Assembly (NCBI GenBank): GCA_964270895.1
Contig: OZ185444.1
DNA from: Podarcis filfolensis
Taxonomy: Eukaryota
DNA length: 64,000 nucleotides
Strand: one strand, 5' to 3'
Part shown: one piece after another, positions 49,088-62,959 of the stretch
Position numbering within the stretch: the first letter of the stretch is position 1
Layout: every line of letters begins with the position of its first letter
The notes under the pieces: model-generated
The model's input: the letters and a program-made list of their open reading frames with translations, nothing else
Told to the model about the DNA's origin: nothing
Databases searched by the model: none
Translations under genes and position numbers: made by a program

Positions 49088-52000
49088 TTTGTGCTATTTG
49101 GGTTTTTCTGCTGTATTTTAGTTGGCCCAATAAAGGTATTGCCTAATATGAACTTTGGAAACTGTTTACTTAGAAACATACATGGTGAGCTTGGGGATCA
49201 GCCAAACGCCCAGTCACCCAATGGTCTTGAGGTTTTCCTCTTCCTTGCCAGCTAGCTACAAAAACTCTTCACTATTTTGTCTTTAACTGTGTTCCAACCT
49301 ATCAAACTGCTTCCTTGACCCCCTTCCCAAACAAATAGCAGATGTCCAGGAGCTAGTAGTCCCTGCAAAATCCTGAACCGAAGTTCTTTTACATGTTCAA
49401 AGAGACTGCTAACAGTCCTATTAAGCTCATTATAATAAGCCATGTTAATTTCTTCTCTTTCAGTTGGTTCATTTTTTGCAGTCATAATTAAATCAAAGTG
49501 TTTACTAAGTGTAATCATTTTCAGAAGTGATATTAGACGAGGTTAATGGAAGGGGAGAAACTTCAGTTGGAAAACCAGTTAGTTAAGTATTTCTATTGTT
49601 TTACTTGATGGGGGGGCAGCTGCCTCCCCTGACCTTCTTGGCTATGCCCATGTATCCATGCAAGCTAGTTGTTATTCTATGCTGTCGTTTCTCAGTACAT
49701 GATCCTTTTTTATTGGTAGTGTGTTTGATATATCTAAGTGCAAAAGAATAGTTCATATTCTATCTTTGCTAGAGTATTATTTTATTTATTTGCCCCTCAT
49801 GTATTATACCTACTCCCTCTATTATTTTGGGATTCATGCATACATTGCACAATTAAGTTGCACGATCTGATGCAGAGAGTTGACTTGCATGCTGTACTAG
49901 TGCAGTACAAGCAGTACTAGACTGCTATGTCACTTTCTAAGTTCAGACATTGGTTGATAGTGGTTTGTGGGAAAGACCTAATGTACTGTACATAACACTG
50001 AAGTAAAAAAAAAAAGCCTTTGGTGTACTTCAATGAGGTGCATGCTTGTTTTCAAAAGTTTTAAAAACACTCTTTAAATTGAGAGTACCATCCAAAAGTA
50101 ATATATATATAGCTGATCCATTAATTTGCAAGTCTCGCTGACTTTCATAAGGCTTCCTTCCAGATAAATTGGTGTAGATTCAGATTTTCTGGAAAGCTAC
50201 ATGTGTATCTATTTAATTTAGAAACAAACTTTGATTAGGTTTAACTGTGGCAGTTTCAAGATGTGTGGTTTGTTGCACTAATAAATCATTGCTACTTGTG
50301 AAATTGCTGTTGACATTCTACCCTATCTGGGCTTTTTTTCTGGATGCTCATTCCTCTCTGTTTCATCTACACCAGCGGGCATAACATAACTGCCTGTGGT
50401 GGAAAAGCAGAAAGTCCAATGAGTGTCAAGTTGGAAAACTGAATCCAAACAATCCTTTAAAAAAATTAATACATAAAAATCAATTAATTACCATGAAGCA
50501 CCTATTCATTTAAGCACAGTTGCCCAATGCTAGTTATGCAATGCCAAAAAACAAAAGATTTTTTAAAAAAATTAAGATTGGAAGTATTAATTGGGGGTGA
50601 TGGCAGATGCTAAAATAGCAGAGACTAGAAAGGGATTTTTCCTAGATTTTAAAATTATTTTGTAATTTCACCATAAAAATCTTTCATTTCAGCACTATTT
50701 TCTAATATTTTAAAAAAGATATAGCTGGAGAAGCATTTTAGTTCTAATTAAAAGATCAATTAAAAATTAAATGTTTAGAAAATGGTATCAACTGCAAAGG
50801 TTAGTAAATGTGTGTGATGTAATCAGCTCTGATATGTCACTGCCAAAACCATAACTCTTAAATGTACAGAAGTATAATGCTACACCTGTGGAGATTATTA
50901 CATTCCACACACACCCCACACTTTATCTTCACCAAAAAGCCAAGAAGCAATATACTTTTCCAACTATCTTTAAAAAGTCAGACTTTCTGTGTAAGAAAAA
51001 TGGAGAATTGTAAAAAAACACACCACATAAGTGGATGATAATATGTGGACCTCTTCACTTTCCTCCCAGTAAAATGTGAATGAACAAGAGGGTGATTCCG
51101 CACTAAATTCCTAGTGTAGAAGCAACCCATAGTTACCGGTACCAGGAAGTGGAGAATGAAATTGGCATGTATGAGGAAAGAAAATGCATATGCTTGCAGC
51201 ATGTTCCTAGTTTCTAGCCCACGGAGATGAGCTGTAATGTCTGAATTGAGCCCTTGGTATAAGATCCTAAATTCTGGCCCCCAAACTATTGATGAGATGC
51301 AAGTGCAAACTGCTCTTGCAGTTAGTGAAAAAAATTACAAACCGTGAAGTGAATTCAATATCTAATAATTTTCTATTTTAAATGTGACTTATTCCCATAT
51401 ATTCAGTTGACTTCATGCTGTTTCATATTTTTCAAGTTTGAAATACATATCCATTGCAATAGCAAACTGGCAAGTGGAATAAAAAAATGGCAGTCTTAAT
51501 GACCTGGTGCAATTCTTTTATTAAAGGTTCTCATTAGCTTTAAAGGGTTTCATTACTGTAACCACATCTTTTTTGTAATTTATTCATGAAGCCTGTGCTG
51601 TTACTAGAAGCACTGTTTATGAACACTCAGTTGTACTGTATTTTCCTTCATGTTATTCATTGTATACTTGTTGGAGATATGAAGCATTCGGTATGGAACT
51701 GAGACGCTTGAGGCACCAGAATGAAACATGGTTGGCAAAACACTTTATATTATCCTTATACTTCTTTTGTGTGAACTTTGATACCTAATAATTTTCCTGT
51801 GTGTGTCTTTTGTTGTTGTTGTTCATATTAATGACATAATTTTAAATGCCTTCTCATTTACTTAGTAACTGTTAGCTTCCATTAAGAAAAGGCTAATATT
51901 CAAGTTACTCTGAAATACTAAAGCTTGATATAAGAGTTAGAGGACAAGGCCTTTCAAATAACTTAGCTGTAACTTTTCCTTATGCTGCTATGACAACTAT

Positions 52001-52300
52001 TTTAGTAAGTTTTAATGAAAGCCTCTTGCTTTCTCCTTAGTTTGATTTTGAAGGAATTGGACAAGTCTCTCCCCTCCTTCATATATTTTCTACTGCCTGT
52101 AAGAATTTTTATTCTGGTCTAATGGCATTTAATTGAAGTTTTAGATATTTGATATTTTACTGTGTTTGATGCTTTAATTTGTTGGAAGCTGCCCAGAGTG
52201 GCTGGGACAACTCAGTCAGATGGGCAGCATATAAATTAGTAGTAGTAGTAGTAGTAATAGTCATCAAAATTGGAATGAACTGGTTAGTCCAGAATTTCTG

Positions 52301-52555
52301 AGAAGAAGAAAAGAAGAGTTTGGATTTGATATCCTGCTTTATCACTACCCGAAGGATTCTCAAAGCGGGTAACATTCTCCTTTCCCTTCCTCCCCCACAA
52401 CAAACACTGTGTGAAGTGAGTGGGGCTGAGAGACTTCAAAGAAGTGTGACTGGCCCAAGGTCACCCAGCAGCTGCATGTGGAGGAGAGGGGACGCGAACC
52501 CGGTTCACCAGATTAGGAGTCTATCGCTCTTAACCACTACACCACACTGGCTCTC
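52301..52555 (-). mobile_element. tRNA-derived SINE, near full length
   Basis: Minus strand begins gagagccagtgtggtgtagtggttaagagc (A box), has a degenerate B box ggttcgcgtcc, a core with gaccttgggccagtcac, and a (TTC)n tail. Confidence 0.85.
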
Positions 52556-55500
52556 AAAGAAGCTGAGTAGCTTGGCAGTTGTTTTTTTAATACAGGGGAA
52601 TTTTTGACAGACTTAATTTTTATAACCCTTAATTATTTGACATATTAAGGTGGCTAGCAAATTTCTGAATGACATACAGTAAGATGAACACTTTTCTATC
52701 TTAACTGAATCAATTAAACATTTTTATGATAAACTAATTGTTGTAAAGTTAAAAGTAGCCATTTTTATAGATCCACAGGATGAAAATTGTGTTATACACT
52801 CTTCTGCTGCATCAAACCATATGCAACTGAAATAGTATAGGACAAGGGAAAGATTAATGCTATTAAGGTGTGAAACATAATCCTATCAGTGCTCAGAAAT
52901 CTTTTTAGTAGGCTAAATAGGCTTAACCAAAAAGAAGCATACTGTATACATTTTTTCTATTTATTTTACAAGTTGCCCTTTTCTTTGCAAATACTTGTTC
53001 CAGTTTGATGTCAGCCTTCTGAATGTCAGTAACCAAAACTTAAACCAGTGTGTACAATTAGACATGAACATGCAAATATAAAGGTTAAAGTATAAATATT
53101 AGAATGACTATTCTATTGGAATACTAAAGGAATCATGTCCTGTACTGTTCATCATCAAATGTGGAGTAAAATCAAGAAAGAAATTGGAATCCATCAAATT
53201 AAATGGTCTTAAAGTCTTGTCTTTAATTTGATAGCATTGAGTCTGGCTGTGAGGCAGTTTTGGAAGACAGAAGGTTTTCATTTGAAAAATGTGAGAATCT
53301 GAAGGGAGCAGGAGCACAACCTTTACATAGGGGGAAATAGCTTTTATATTTATAAATAATGTACCTTTCTAGAATCCCTGTCTTGTACTCATTCAATATG
53401 CAATTTATGAGTAATTGGCTAGATGATAAGCAGGCCAAGATGATTATGAGCCAAGGGACTATGACTAAGACATTTAAATTCAGTAGCTTGGCAAGTCTTT
53501 GCAAAGGATTCTATATAATATTGATGTGCATTATTTCTTGTAAGCAGTAGCTTCCTAAAAGCCTTTTAAAATCCATCAACTGATTGTCGGTTCCTCCTAT
53601 CATACAGTAACAGAAGAAATTGCAGAGTCTTAGTGAGTTGCTGCTGGCCGCTTCTGATGATGCTAGGAAAATGCGCCTGTGTGAGAGCACAGGTGCAGTT
53701 TTTCTGACCGATGCTCCTCATTTTCTGCTCCAGTCATCCTGGAGAGGCAAGTAGAAAGAAATGAGGAGGTGGAGGAAATTCTCTCAGATGCACTGCAAGT
53801 GTATTTGAGAAAGAGGTGGAATCATATTTTCCAGGAGACAAGGAATGCACTGCCTGTAAGTCTTTTATTCCTCTAATCACTGCACCTCAGAATAAACTTG
53901 GCTGACTTTTGTTTTAGGCATTAGTAGAGTTTGCACTTTAGTAGGTGAGAGGGATAAAATTTGAGAGAGAAAGACGTTCCAAGATGTTGTTGGGAGTGTC
54001 ATCTGTTGTTTATATTCTGGTTCATTATACACTAGATTTGCTGTGGTTTAAAGCAAGAATATTATTGTCTACTAATCTGAAGGAGGTTTTTAAGTTTCAC
54101 TGTTAATGTGGTTAAGAGTTAATAAAAGGTTAGATCCAGAGGAGATATCATAGGGTGGGAGAGGGAGGAAACCTGAGAGATACTAATGGAGAAAGTCTTA
54201 GTCATTTCCTTTATAATGCATCAGCAGAAATTACAGAGGTGTGGCTTTGATTTTAGAAATACTGTAATGAATTGGAAGATTACTCAAATTTGTGTCTTAG
54301 TTTCAATTTCACTCATTAAAACAGGTAAACAATGGTAGCTATGCATAGTATGACAAGGGAATTGATGAAAGATAGGTTAAATCTTTCTAAATTTTGGTGT
54401 TTCTTTCAGAAACTTCTCTGCTATTTGTTGTCTTGATTTTTTTTTTAATCTTTGTGGTATCTAGTTCAGTTCAGTAAAAATACATTAGATCTTTTCAGTA
54501 AAATTAGCCAAGTAGTTGCTAAGGGTCTGGGGCATGCATTATTATTAATTAGATTCTTTACAGCATTCACCCTGATACACTGTGTTTATTAATACTTCAC
54601 TTACCACTACACTATCCATGTACAGGCAGGTTCAGTGGAAAGATAGGGGCTAGTTTCAGGGTTCTTTATATATATGCTAGGTATGTACCTGAAAGCTGTA
54701 GAGATAAAAGCTTCGAGTTGCACTTCATATTGAGCAGTTGGCGCTTTCTGAGGGAAACCCCCCTCCTTCCAATCAGGACACAGCCTTGAAAGGAGAAGAC
54801 TATTTCATTTTGAGGAGACTGTAGTAGTGCTTCATGTTACCAGATTGACATTGCTTGAGTTTAAGAGCACTTAGCATCACTGGGTGTGTGGAGGAACTGT
54901 GGCTGAGAAGAAACTTCTTAGCCTAGAAGTGGGGAACGTATGTTCCTCCAGATGATGTTGACTCCAGCTCCCTTCAGCCTGAATCAGCACAGCCAATGGT
55001 AAGTGATAATGGGCTTGTAGATCAACCACATTTAAGGCCGCCAGTTTCCCACTGCTGTATATGACTCTTTCCATTCTTGTAGGGTATGGCTAGAAGAGTT
55101 GACCTTTCAGCTGTTGGAGCTTTGAACTATAGCTTCAGCAGGGAGGAGACTGGGTTCAGTTGATTCCTCCTAGCTGTGTCTCCTACTGTTGTACTTATAT
55201 GTAAAGGAGTCGGGCTCTTTGTTGTTCCCTTAGGCTTGGGACCTTAAGCTACCTGCTTACTACAGTAACCAATAGCAAAGTGAAAGCTTACTAATACTAA
55301 GCAGCATTTGTCTGATTCATTTTGGTAGCTGGAAACACAACTATTTGATGGTAATAGAAACATTGTTTTAATTTCTAACTAGAACATTGTAGCCAAATAA
55401 TTGGCTATTTAGTTCAAATTCTTATGTTAAATTCAGCTCTCGTCTTGTTCTCTAAACCTAACAATCCTTTGTCTCCTAGATCTGATTACCAGTGGTGCTC

Positions 55501-56530
55501 ACATCTCCTTTGCTTATCTGTTTCTTACTTCACATAACCTATGAAATCTTCTGTCCTGAAGCCATATGTGTAGTTTTGCTCCTTCCCATTCCTGTTCCCC
55601 TAAGTTGCCTCCTAAAGCGCTCTATGCCTTCACTACCTACTGTATTTTTCCCTTGGGTTTTTCAGCCTATTGTTTGCTCTCACTTCCTTCACCTCTCATG
55701 ATTCTTGGCTAGGTTCCCAGCCTGCTCATCTCTCCTGTTTCTTCTTCCTGCCTAAAAAGCATCCAGCCACTTTAAAGTTTTAATGCTCTATCTTATTGTC
55801 TTGTATTTTCCTTGGGCATCTGTTTTTACCAGCTACTGTTGCTAAAGTTTCTGTCCCTCAGGTTATTTCCCCCTTTTTTTCAACAACCTCCTTCTCTGGT
55901 GTCAGACTTACCTGATTCTGAGCTGTCCAGTTTTCCAGGATTTCTTCCTATTCGCCTTTTTTGTTATGAGACTGCCTCCCATAACTCCTCTTTAGTAGCC
56001 CTTGTGTGACACTTTTCTCTTTCCTTGCAGAAACTCGACTACCAGTATTCTGTTGACAACTTCATTCCTTGAGTAGTCTAAACGTTTGTGAACATTCCAT
56101 GATACCACATTTGCTCAGCTAGAAGCTTAGCAGTAAATCCCCTAACACACTATAATGTAGAACGGACTGTTTATAATTGGTCCAGAACAGGTTAATTAAG
56201 TTTTTTCATGTTATGAGGAAGTTTGGTTGGACTTTGGCTGGAGGAAAACAAGAATACTAAAGTGGGGGCAACTGGGCAAAAGTTCATACCCTTTCAAACA
56301 TCTTTGGGACATCTTTGTTAATTTTGTTATTGATTAGTTTTGTGGTTTTATTGTCTTATTTCAGTATAATTTGTAGTTACCTTGATTGTTTAAATTGTGG
56401 TATTTTTAACATCTGTCCTGAGACTATTCAGTGAAGGGTGGGCTATAAATAAAAATAATGAATGCATGTTGATCTCAGAATACTTCAGATAAACAAATCA
56501 GTTATTTATACCTTTAATTTTTTATTTTAG

Positions 56531-56665
56531 AATTCGCCACTTTATCAGTACTTACAGGACGTAGGACATACTGATTTTGAAGTATGCTCACCATTGGTAC
56601 AAAAGCCGGAAGAATGTACATTCGAAGAGGGGCAAAAAGACATGGATACAGTTGCAATTCAGAAC
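56531..56665 (+). CDS. VEZT: VEZT coding exon 2 ([45 protein letters not shown])
   Basis: [17 protein letters not shown] vezatin motif; acceptor attttag, donor AAC|gtaagt; 135 nt. Confidence 0.96.
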
Positions 56666-59600
56666 GTAAGTACTCAATTTGGTAATTCAACTGCTACATA
56701 ATCTATCAAATGAAAATCCCAGCCTCTATTTAAAAATGACTCCCTTCATAATGTGTATCCTTTGTCTGCATTTCAGTGGTATTGAATACCGTGCATTATT
56801 GTGCACTGTTTATTATTAACAGTTTATTATTGTGCAGAGGTAGTCCTGCCTTTGCATCCCTTGTGCAAGTTGTCCAGATGTTGTTTTTAAGAGGCAGCTG
56901 GAGTCAGGTGATGGTCAGGGTTTTCTCCCCACCACCCCTTACATACATCAGTAAGATCCTACAATCGCTCTCCCCACTTTGTAGTCATGGTATCACTTTA
57001 TTTTAGTCCTAATTACTGTACTTATTTAATGTCATACAAATAGTTTGAGTTCCCTAAAAGCAGTCCAGATTCATCCACTGTGTTCTTTGTCAGTCCCCCC
57101 CCCAACCCACTGCTCTTGTACATCATGCAGCCTAGAGGAGAGGGGGATGATATGGATTATAGTTAATAGCTTAATGTCTGTTGCATATTGAAGATTAAAA
57201 AAAGCAAGATGAAGTTACTTTAACCCAGCATGGTAAATCATTATTTTAACCTTTTCTTTTAGTTTGCATTAGATTTCATATAATAAGTGTACCACTCAAA
57301 TTTCACAGGTTTTTAATTGAATAAATCTCCTAAATACCGTTGAATTTGTTCAGTATTACTTTCCCCCTCCAGAAACATGTCTCATTCTGATCTGGCTCAG
57401 AATCCAATTATAATAATGAAAGCTGAACACTGACCAGTTTCACTATAGCAGAGGAAGAAGCATCTTTTTTCCTGATTAACTGGGGGATTAAAGAACATGC
57501 TAGGACTCATTTGCCAGTGATCAGTCACTTGTACAGTAGCATGTAGAGTATGCATATGGTCATGCATGCTTTTGTTCAGAAGAAAACACAGCAATCTTAA
57601 CATGGTATATCAAAGCCTGGAATCCACCCTAGACTGCTCAGAAGTGAGTGTTTTAATGAAGATTGAGTGTCTAAAAAAAAAAAAAAAAAGGTTTCAGAGA
57701 ATCTTAAGTTTCCTGACTCCCATACAAGCCAATCCTATGTATATCTGCTCAGAAGTAAGTTTGAGTCCAATGGGACTTAATTCTTAGTATGTGTGTGTGG
57801 AATTGCACGCTTAGTTAAGAATGCTAAAGTTAAATAAAATATCGGCAGAATTTCTAAAACTAGTAATCTGTAGCTTGCGTGACATTGTAAGGAAAAGGAA
57901 AAATGTGTGGGTGGTGGTGGGGGGAATCAATGGAAAATGGAACCTGAAGTTCAGGTCCTTTTCCCATGTCAGCTGGGGCCTCATTTGTTGGGGCTTGGGG
58001 TGCAGGAAGAGAGGAACTGCACTCTGCAGTTCATCCATATCATCTGCTGAGCTCTCACTGTGTCTCATTGCCCCTCCATATTGACACATTGGACAAAGAT
58101 GGAGCTAGCAGCTGCTGCCCCATCCAGAGCATTCAGGTACCTTCTTAGTGCAAGGTTCTTCCTGTGCAATCTGTGTTCATTTTTCAGGCAGTTTATCCTG
58201 TACTTTTGACAATAAACCCCGCTAGGGAAAAGAACACCTGCATGCTGCTGCACATTTTGTTTCAAAAATGCAGTGTAATGAATTGTTTGCTAGCAATGTA
58301 TGCTAAGCACTATGAACTTGTATAAGGATAGCACTGGCACATGCTGGAAACTCATCCATTTTTATGTCATCTCTTCATCTTTAGCACCTAGCTGGAACAT
58401 GCTTGGCCCAGTTATTTCTGCCTGTCTCTGTTCTTCATAATGGCGAGTTCTTTCAATGGCCATTATCCATCTATATGCTAAATGAAATCATGGAGGAGTG
58501 GACTTTTCTGCAGACTTCCTTGGCTATGACTCTGCAGGCCAGAGGCCTTTCTACTGTCCCAAAGGGGAAGGAAATGAAAAACCAGTTGGCAAAATTTGAT
58601 GATCATATTCTGAAAAGCATGGTGTTTTTACTCAGCTATGGTCATGGCATGATGTAATAGAATTGTTAATAGCCAGTGGCCTCATTCACATCACAGTAAA
58701 CCATAATTAAAATTGTTTAAAATAGTTCAATGGGATTGAGCAGCATGAAATTGCAGGTGCTTTGCTCCTCCCATGCTGCTGCCATGCTATATAGGAAACA
58801 AGCCATAGTTTGCCTTGCCATTATGTCCAAAGCCAGGCTGGTGGTTTGTTTTCCCCAAACAATAAATCGTAGCAAACCTCCTAGGTGTAGCTGCAGCAGG
58901 ACTAAGGGTGAAGCACTTGCAATTTCAACAGCATGCACCAACATGCAGCTCATTCACACTAAGCCAGGGATAGGGAACCTGTGGCCCTCCAGGTGTTGCT
59001 GGACTCCCATCAGCCCCAGCCAGCAAACTTAGTGGTCAGAGATGGTGGAAGTGGTCCAGCAAGATCTGGAGGGCTGCATTAATCCATCATTTATTTTAAC
59101 TATGGTTTAACATGTCTTGCAAACCAGGTCAATGAGTCCAACATAATGAGTCCACAATGAGACCAAAAATAAAAGTTCTTAGTGTCTATTTTAGTTCTTT
59201 TACTTCTGCTTCTGAGATTTTTCTACCACTCTGCAGTAAATCAGCTGAAGAACACTGATTCATTGTCAGCATTGTACTAACGACAGAACTATACATTATG
59301 TTCCCTATCCAATGTTTCCTTCAGTATGCTAATGCAGAAGTCCTTGGTGGGCTGTTCAACTCTTCATCCAGATCTAATTTTACCCTACAAATGCCTAATG
59401 GCCAGTTTTTCAACTGTTTCCCCACCCCTCCCCAGCTGGGCTCAGAGACTAGACGTCTTGTTTGTCTCTGCGAAGGTGAAGCGGAGATGACCTGGGGGAG
59501 GCATGTGGAGGGAGAATTGGCAGTCAGAAGGTTGTATACTGTTTCTTCTGTCCTCACCTGCAGATGCCTGAACCTTGCAGGCATGTATTTCAGAAACTTG

Positions 59601-59765
59601 TGTCTTGCTTATATAAAAACCTAGTGCTTGCATAAAGAGAACACCTTTGTAATTGGGGGCCTCTGCTGGAATTGAGGAACTTGGATTCTTTATTTTCTGC
59701 CCTCATTTGCATGTGATTGTGGAAAATGGCTTGGTTTAAACTTTACCGTTCAATATAACCACTTC

Positions 59766-59795
59766 TATTATTATTATTATTATTATTATTATTAT
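59766..59795. repeat. (TAT)n microsatellite
   Basis: Read directly. Confidence 0.9.
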
Positions 59796-59994
59796 CAACA
59801 TTATTACCCTTCATATGTAGATCTCAGGGCAATTCACAGCATAAAAATTCAAGATAAAAACGCAAAATACATAATAAAAACAAGGGGGCAAACCCATCAC
59901 ACCCACCCACAATTATCTTCAGATGATAATTGCAGTTCTGGCACCATTTTTTGGCAGAATTGTAGCTTGTGGTTTGAGAAACCTTTCAAATAGA

Positions 59995-60411
59995 GGAGGG
60001 CAACCAAGATGATCAAGGGTCTGGAAACTAAGCCTTACAAAGAGCGCTTGAAGGAGCTGAGTATGTTTAGCCTGAGAGGAGATATGATAGCCATAGTCAT
60101 TTGACTGTCACATGGAAGAGGGAGCATGCTTGTTTTCTCCTGCATTGGAGGGTAGGACTTGAGGCAATGGCTTCAAGTTACAAGAAAGGAGAGTCCAACT
60201 AAACATTTGGAAAAACTTTCTGACAGTAAGAGCTGTTTGGCAGTGGAACAAAATCCCACAAGAGGTAGTGGACTCTCCTTCCTTGGAGGTTTTTAAGTAG
60301 AGGTTGGATGACTACTCTGTCATGGATGCTTTAGCTGAGATTCCTGCATTGCAGGGGTTGGACTAGATGACCCCTGGGTCCCTTCCAACTCTTAAGATTC
60401 TATGATTCTAT
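59995..60411 (+). mobile_element. CR1 LINE 3' end, 5'-truncated
   Basis: Classic CR1 3' UTR (ggttggactagatgacccct...ggtcccttccaactc) ending in an ATTCTATG-type tail. Confidence 0.9.
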
Positions 60412-61439
60412 ATTTCCTACATTTTTGCAATTCAGAATCATCATTTTAGGCCTTCCTTTTGTAATGGGGTAGAAATGAAATATATATTTAGCATACTCTA
60501 AATATATATTTAGCTGTGAATTAGAAGCCTAGAAACACTAAAATTAGAAGTGAACAGTAGTTCCTATATTTACCAGGAAACTCACCAGGCTACTTCCTTT
60601 TCATCCTCTAGTATTGCTGATGACTACTCTACATATACTAAAAATAGCTTATTACAAAAAAAATCATATTTTGTAATAATCATTTTCATCTCAAGTGTTG
60701 CTGATTAAAATGATTCCATGTTGAGTAATGAACAGTGTGATAATGAAAGCAAAAATCCTCTTTAATGAAAATACACTTGGCCAAAAAACAAAGTGAATAT
60801 TCCAATTTTTTCTTCCCAAAGTAACTAACCATACTGTACATACAAATACTTATATAATAGAACCTTAATAGGCCATTTCATTAGGCAACTGTTGAAAACT
60901 TTTGTATCAAATCAAGTTTTGTATGAAAACTTTTGTATCAAATCTTTTGTTTTTTGTTGAAATGAATTGTATAGGATTTTTGTTGTAATGAATATTGTGA
61001 TGATGTTTGCAGGAAAGCTGGAGATTCTCAATACGCATCTAACAAAGCATGCATTTATAGCTTGCCTCTTGCTAAGGAGCAATTGTGTTCAAATAATTTA
61101 TGCATTTTTTTAAAAAAAATAGTTCTTGCTGCCCTCAGTACATTTGTGTACACAGTTATTTCAACATGAAACAGTTCCCCATCATATTCTCTATTCCTTG
61201 TCCTTTTTCGGTGCCTAAAGTGTCCTTTGCACTCTTAATTGTGATTTTGGTCAGAACATTGTAAACATTGGTGTGCTGGTGTATTTGACTCTTGGTACAA
61301 TGACCTGTGTTATTTGTAGGCTAAAGCTACTTAACAGACATCATCTTCACATATGACTAGACCAGTGGAATAAATGAAGGCAGTTTTTATGATAATTATT
61401 GTATTTATTACTACTGTATTGATTTTTTTTTTTTAATAG

Positions 61440-61529
61440 AAAGACGTCCTATCAAACTTAGCTGAGAAATTTAAAAGCTGGCTTTCTTTTTTACCATATA
61501 AGAAAAAAGATGAACTACTTCACCACTTG
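61440..61529 (+). CDS. VEZT: VEZT coding exon 3 (KDVLSNLAEKFKSWLSFLPYKKKDELLHHL)
   Basis: Similar to vezatin AETIKSW..KKDDLLHKL; long poly-T acceptor ...taatag, donor TTG|gtaagc; 90 nt. Confidence 0.9.
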
Positions 61530-62959
61530 GTAAGCTGCAACTCTGCAATTTCCCCTCAACAAGCCTTATTTAATTCCCATATAAATAAATAAATAAATTT
61601 CTTCTACTTTTTTTTTAGCTAAGCCAGTAGGTCACAGCTTGTTCTCTACATGACATAGCCAAGTATGGCAAAGTGTTTAATGTTCAAATCTGCTTAAAAG
61701 AGGAGGGGACCAAAGCTCAAGCTTTGCATATGTTCTGATGTTTTATGAATTATTGCTTAATCATTTATTTAGCCTGGTAGAAGCACACACCTCTTTCTTC
61801 CAAAACCTGGTTAAAATTACCTACTCCGTCAATATCTTGTTTTGTGATTTTGTTCACAAACTTTGTAATTTAAAAATGCTGCTTTCAGCCTTAGAGTGCT
61901 TTAACCAAGAGTTCTAGATCTCCTTTAATTTGAGAATTGCTTTTGAAAGGTTCTGTCTCTGTTAGTGGCATCTGACTTGTATTGTTGTTCACCTTCATGG
62001 CCAAGTTTAATTTACAAATCCATCTAACTTCAGGGCTTATTGTTGACTGAAGTTATATATATTATTACTATGTGCTTTGTATTTTACAGCATCTCAATTA
62101 ATGGTTGTGTGTGTTCATTTCAGCAAACTATTCATATAGCAGAAGTGATCTTAGCAGTAATAAGCAGTCACATGACCATTATCGAGACTTTCCATAGAAC
62201 TAAGAAGTCTTTGGCATGCTCCTCCTAGTTCCCATACCCTAATGGGCAGGGTACAAATGCTGTTGTTGGTGATCTGACACAACCTGAAACTAAGCCAAAG
62301 CATGTGCAACTGAAACAACCATATATTGCTTTCCCATTAGCCTTGCCTCCACTTCTCTCTTCTGTCGTTTTCCATGTTGAATGTTAAGATCTTTGCGGCA
62401 TCTGTCTTCTGTTCAGTAAAGAACCATGCAGACTTATGGTGCTATATTAGCAATAACAACAGCAATCACAGAATGCTTTACATCAGCGTTGGTGGCCCCC
62501 TTTTTGTTCTGAGGGCCACATTCCTCTTGGCACATCTTCCAGGGGCTGCAAGCCAATGATGGATATGGCCATCTCATAGACACGTTCTATCACAGGCGCA
62601 AATTTCCTTCACCTCAATGGATGCATGCACATAAGCTGAGGAGGGAAAGTTATCTTGTCCAACCAAATGATCAATTGGATGACTGCAGAGGGGTAGCTTG
62701 CTTCCTTATCAGGGGCACTGGGCTCTACCCACCTCAGCTCTGTGTCTAGTTGAATCCTGTCCCCTGCCTGCCTTTTGCCTCACTCTGCAACCAAAATCAG
62801 TGGGGTCTTAGGGGAGGCATTTGCCGGGTGGTGGTGGTTCAGACTCCTAAAGTAGGAATTGGCCATCCTTGTTTTATATATTGCATAGTGATAGGGGGGG
62901 AAATATTTTATTTGAGAAATGCTTGTGTATGTGAAAGTGCTGTTTTTTCTCAAATTAAG

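Noticed and set aside
44469-49652. Left and right TIR-like ends of one MITE family facing each other across the bidirectional promoter, suggesting one large transposon
   Set aside because: Flanks (gatgcagc vs tatccatg) are not a target-site duplication, and the left piece has its own internal right-hand portion; these are two independent fragments.
52480-52555. tRNA-like A and B boxes on the minus strand
   Set aside because: Head of a SINE: continues into SINE core and tail, with no cloverleaf acceptor stem.
53655-53707. TGATGA ... CTGA with an internal 9-bp hairpin, resembling a box C/D snoRNA
   Set aside because: Only about 50 nt between boxes, box C lacks the leading purine, there is no terminal stem, and CTGA is better explained as the branch-point motif.
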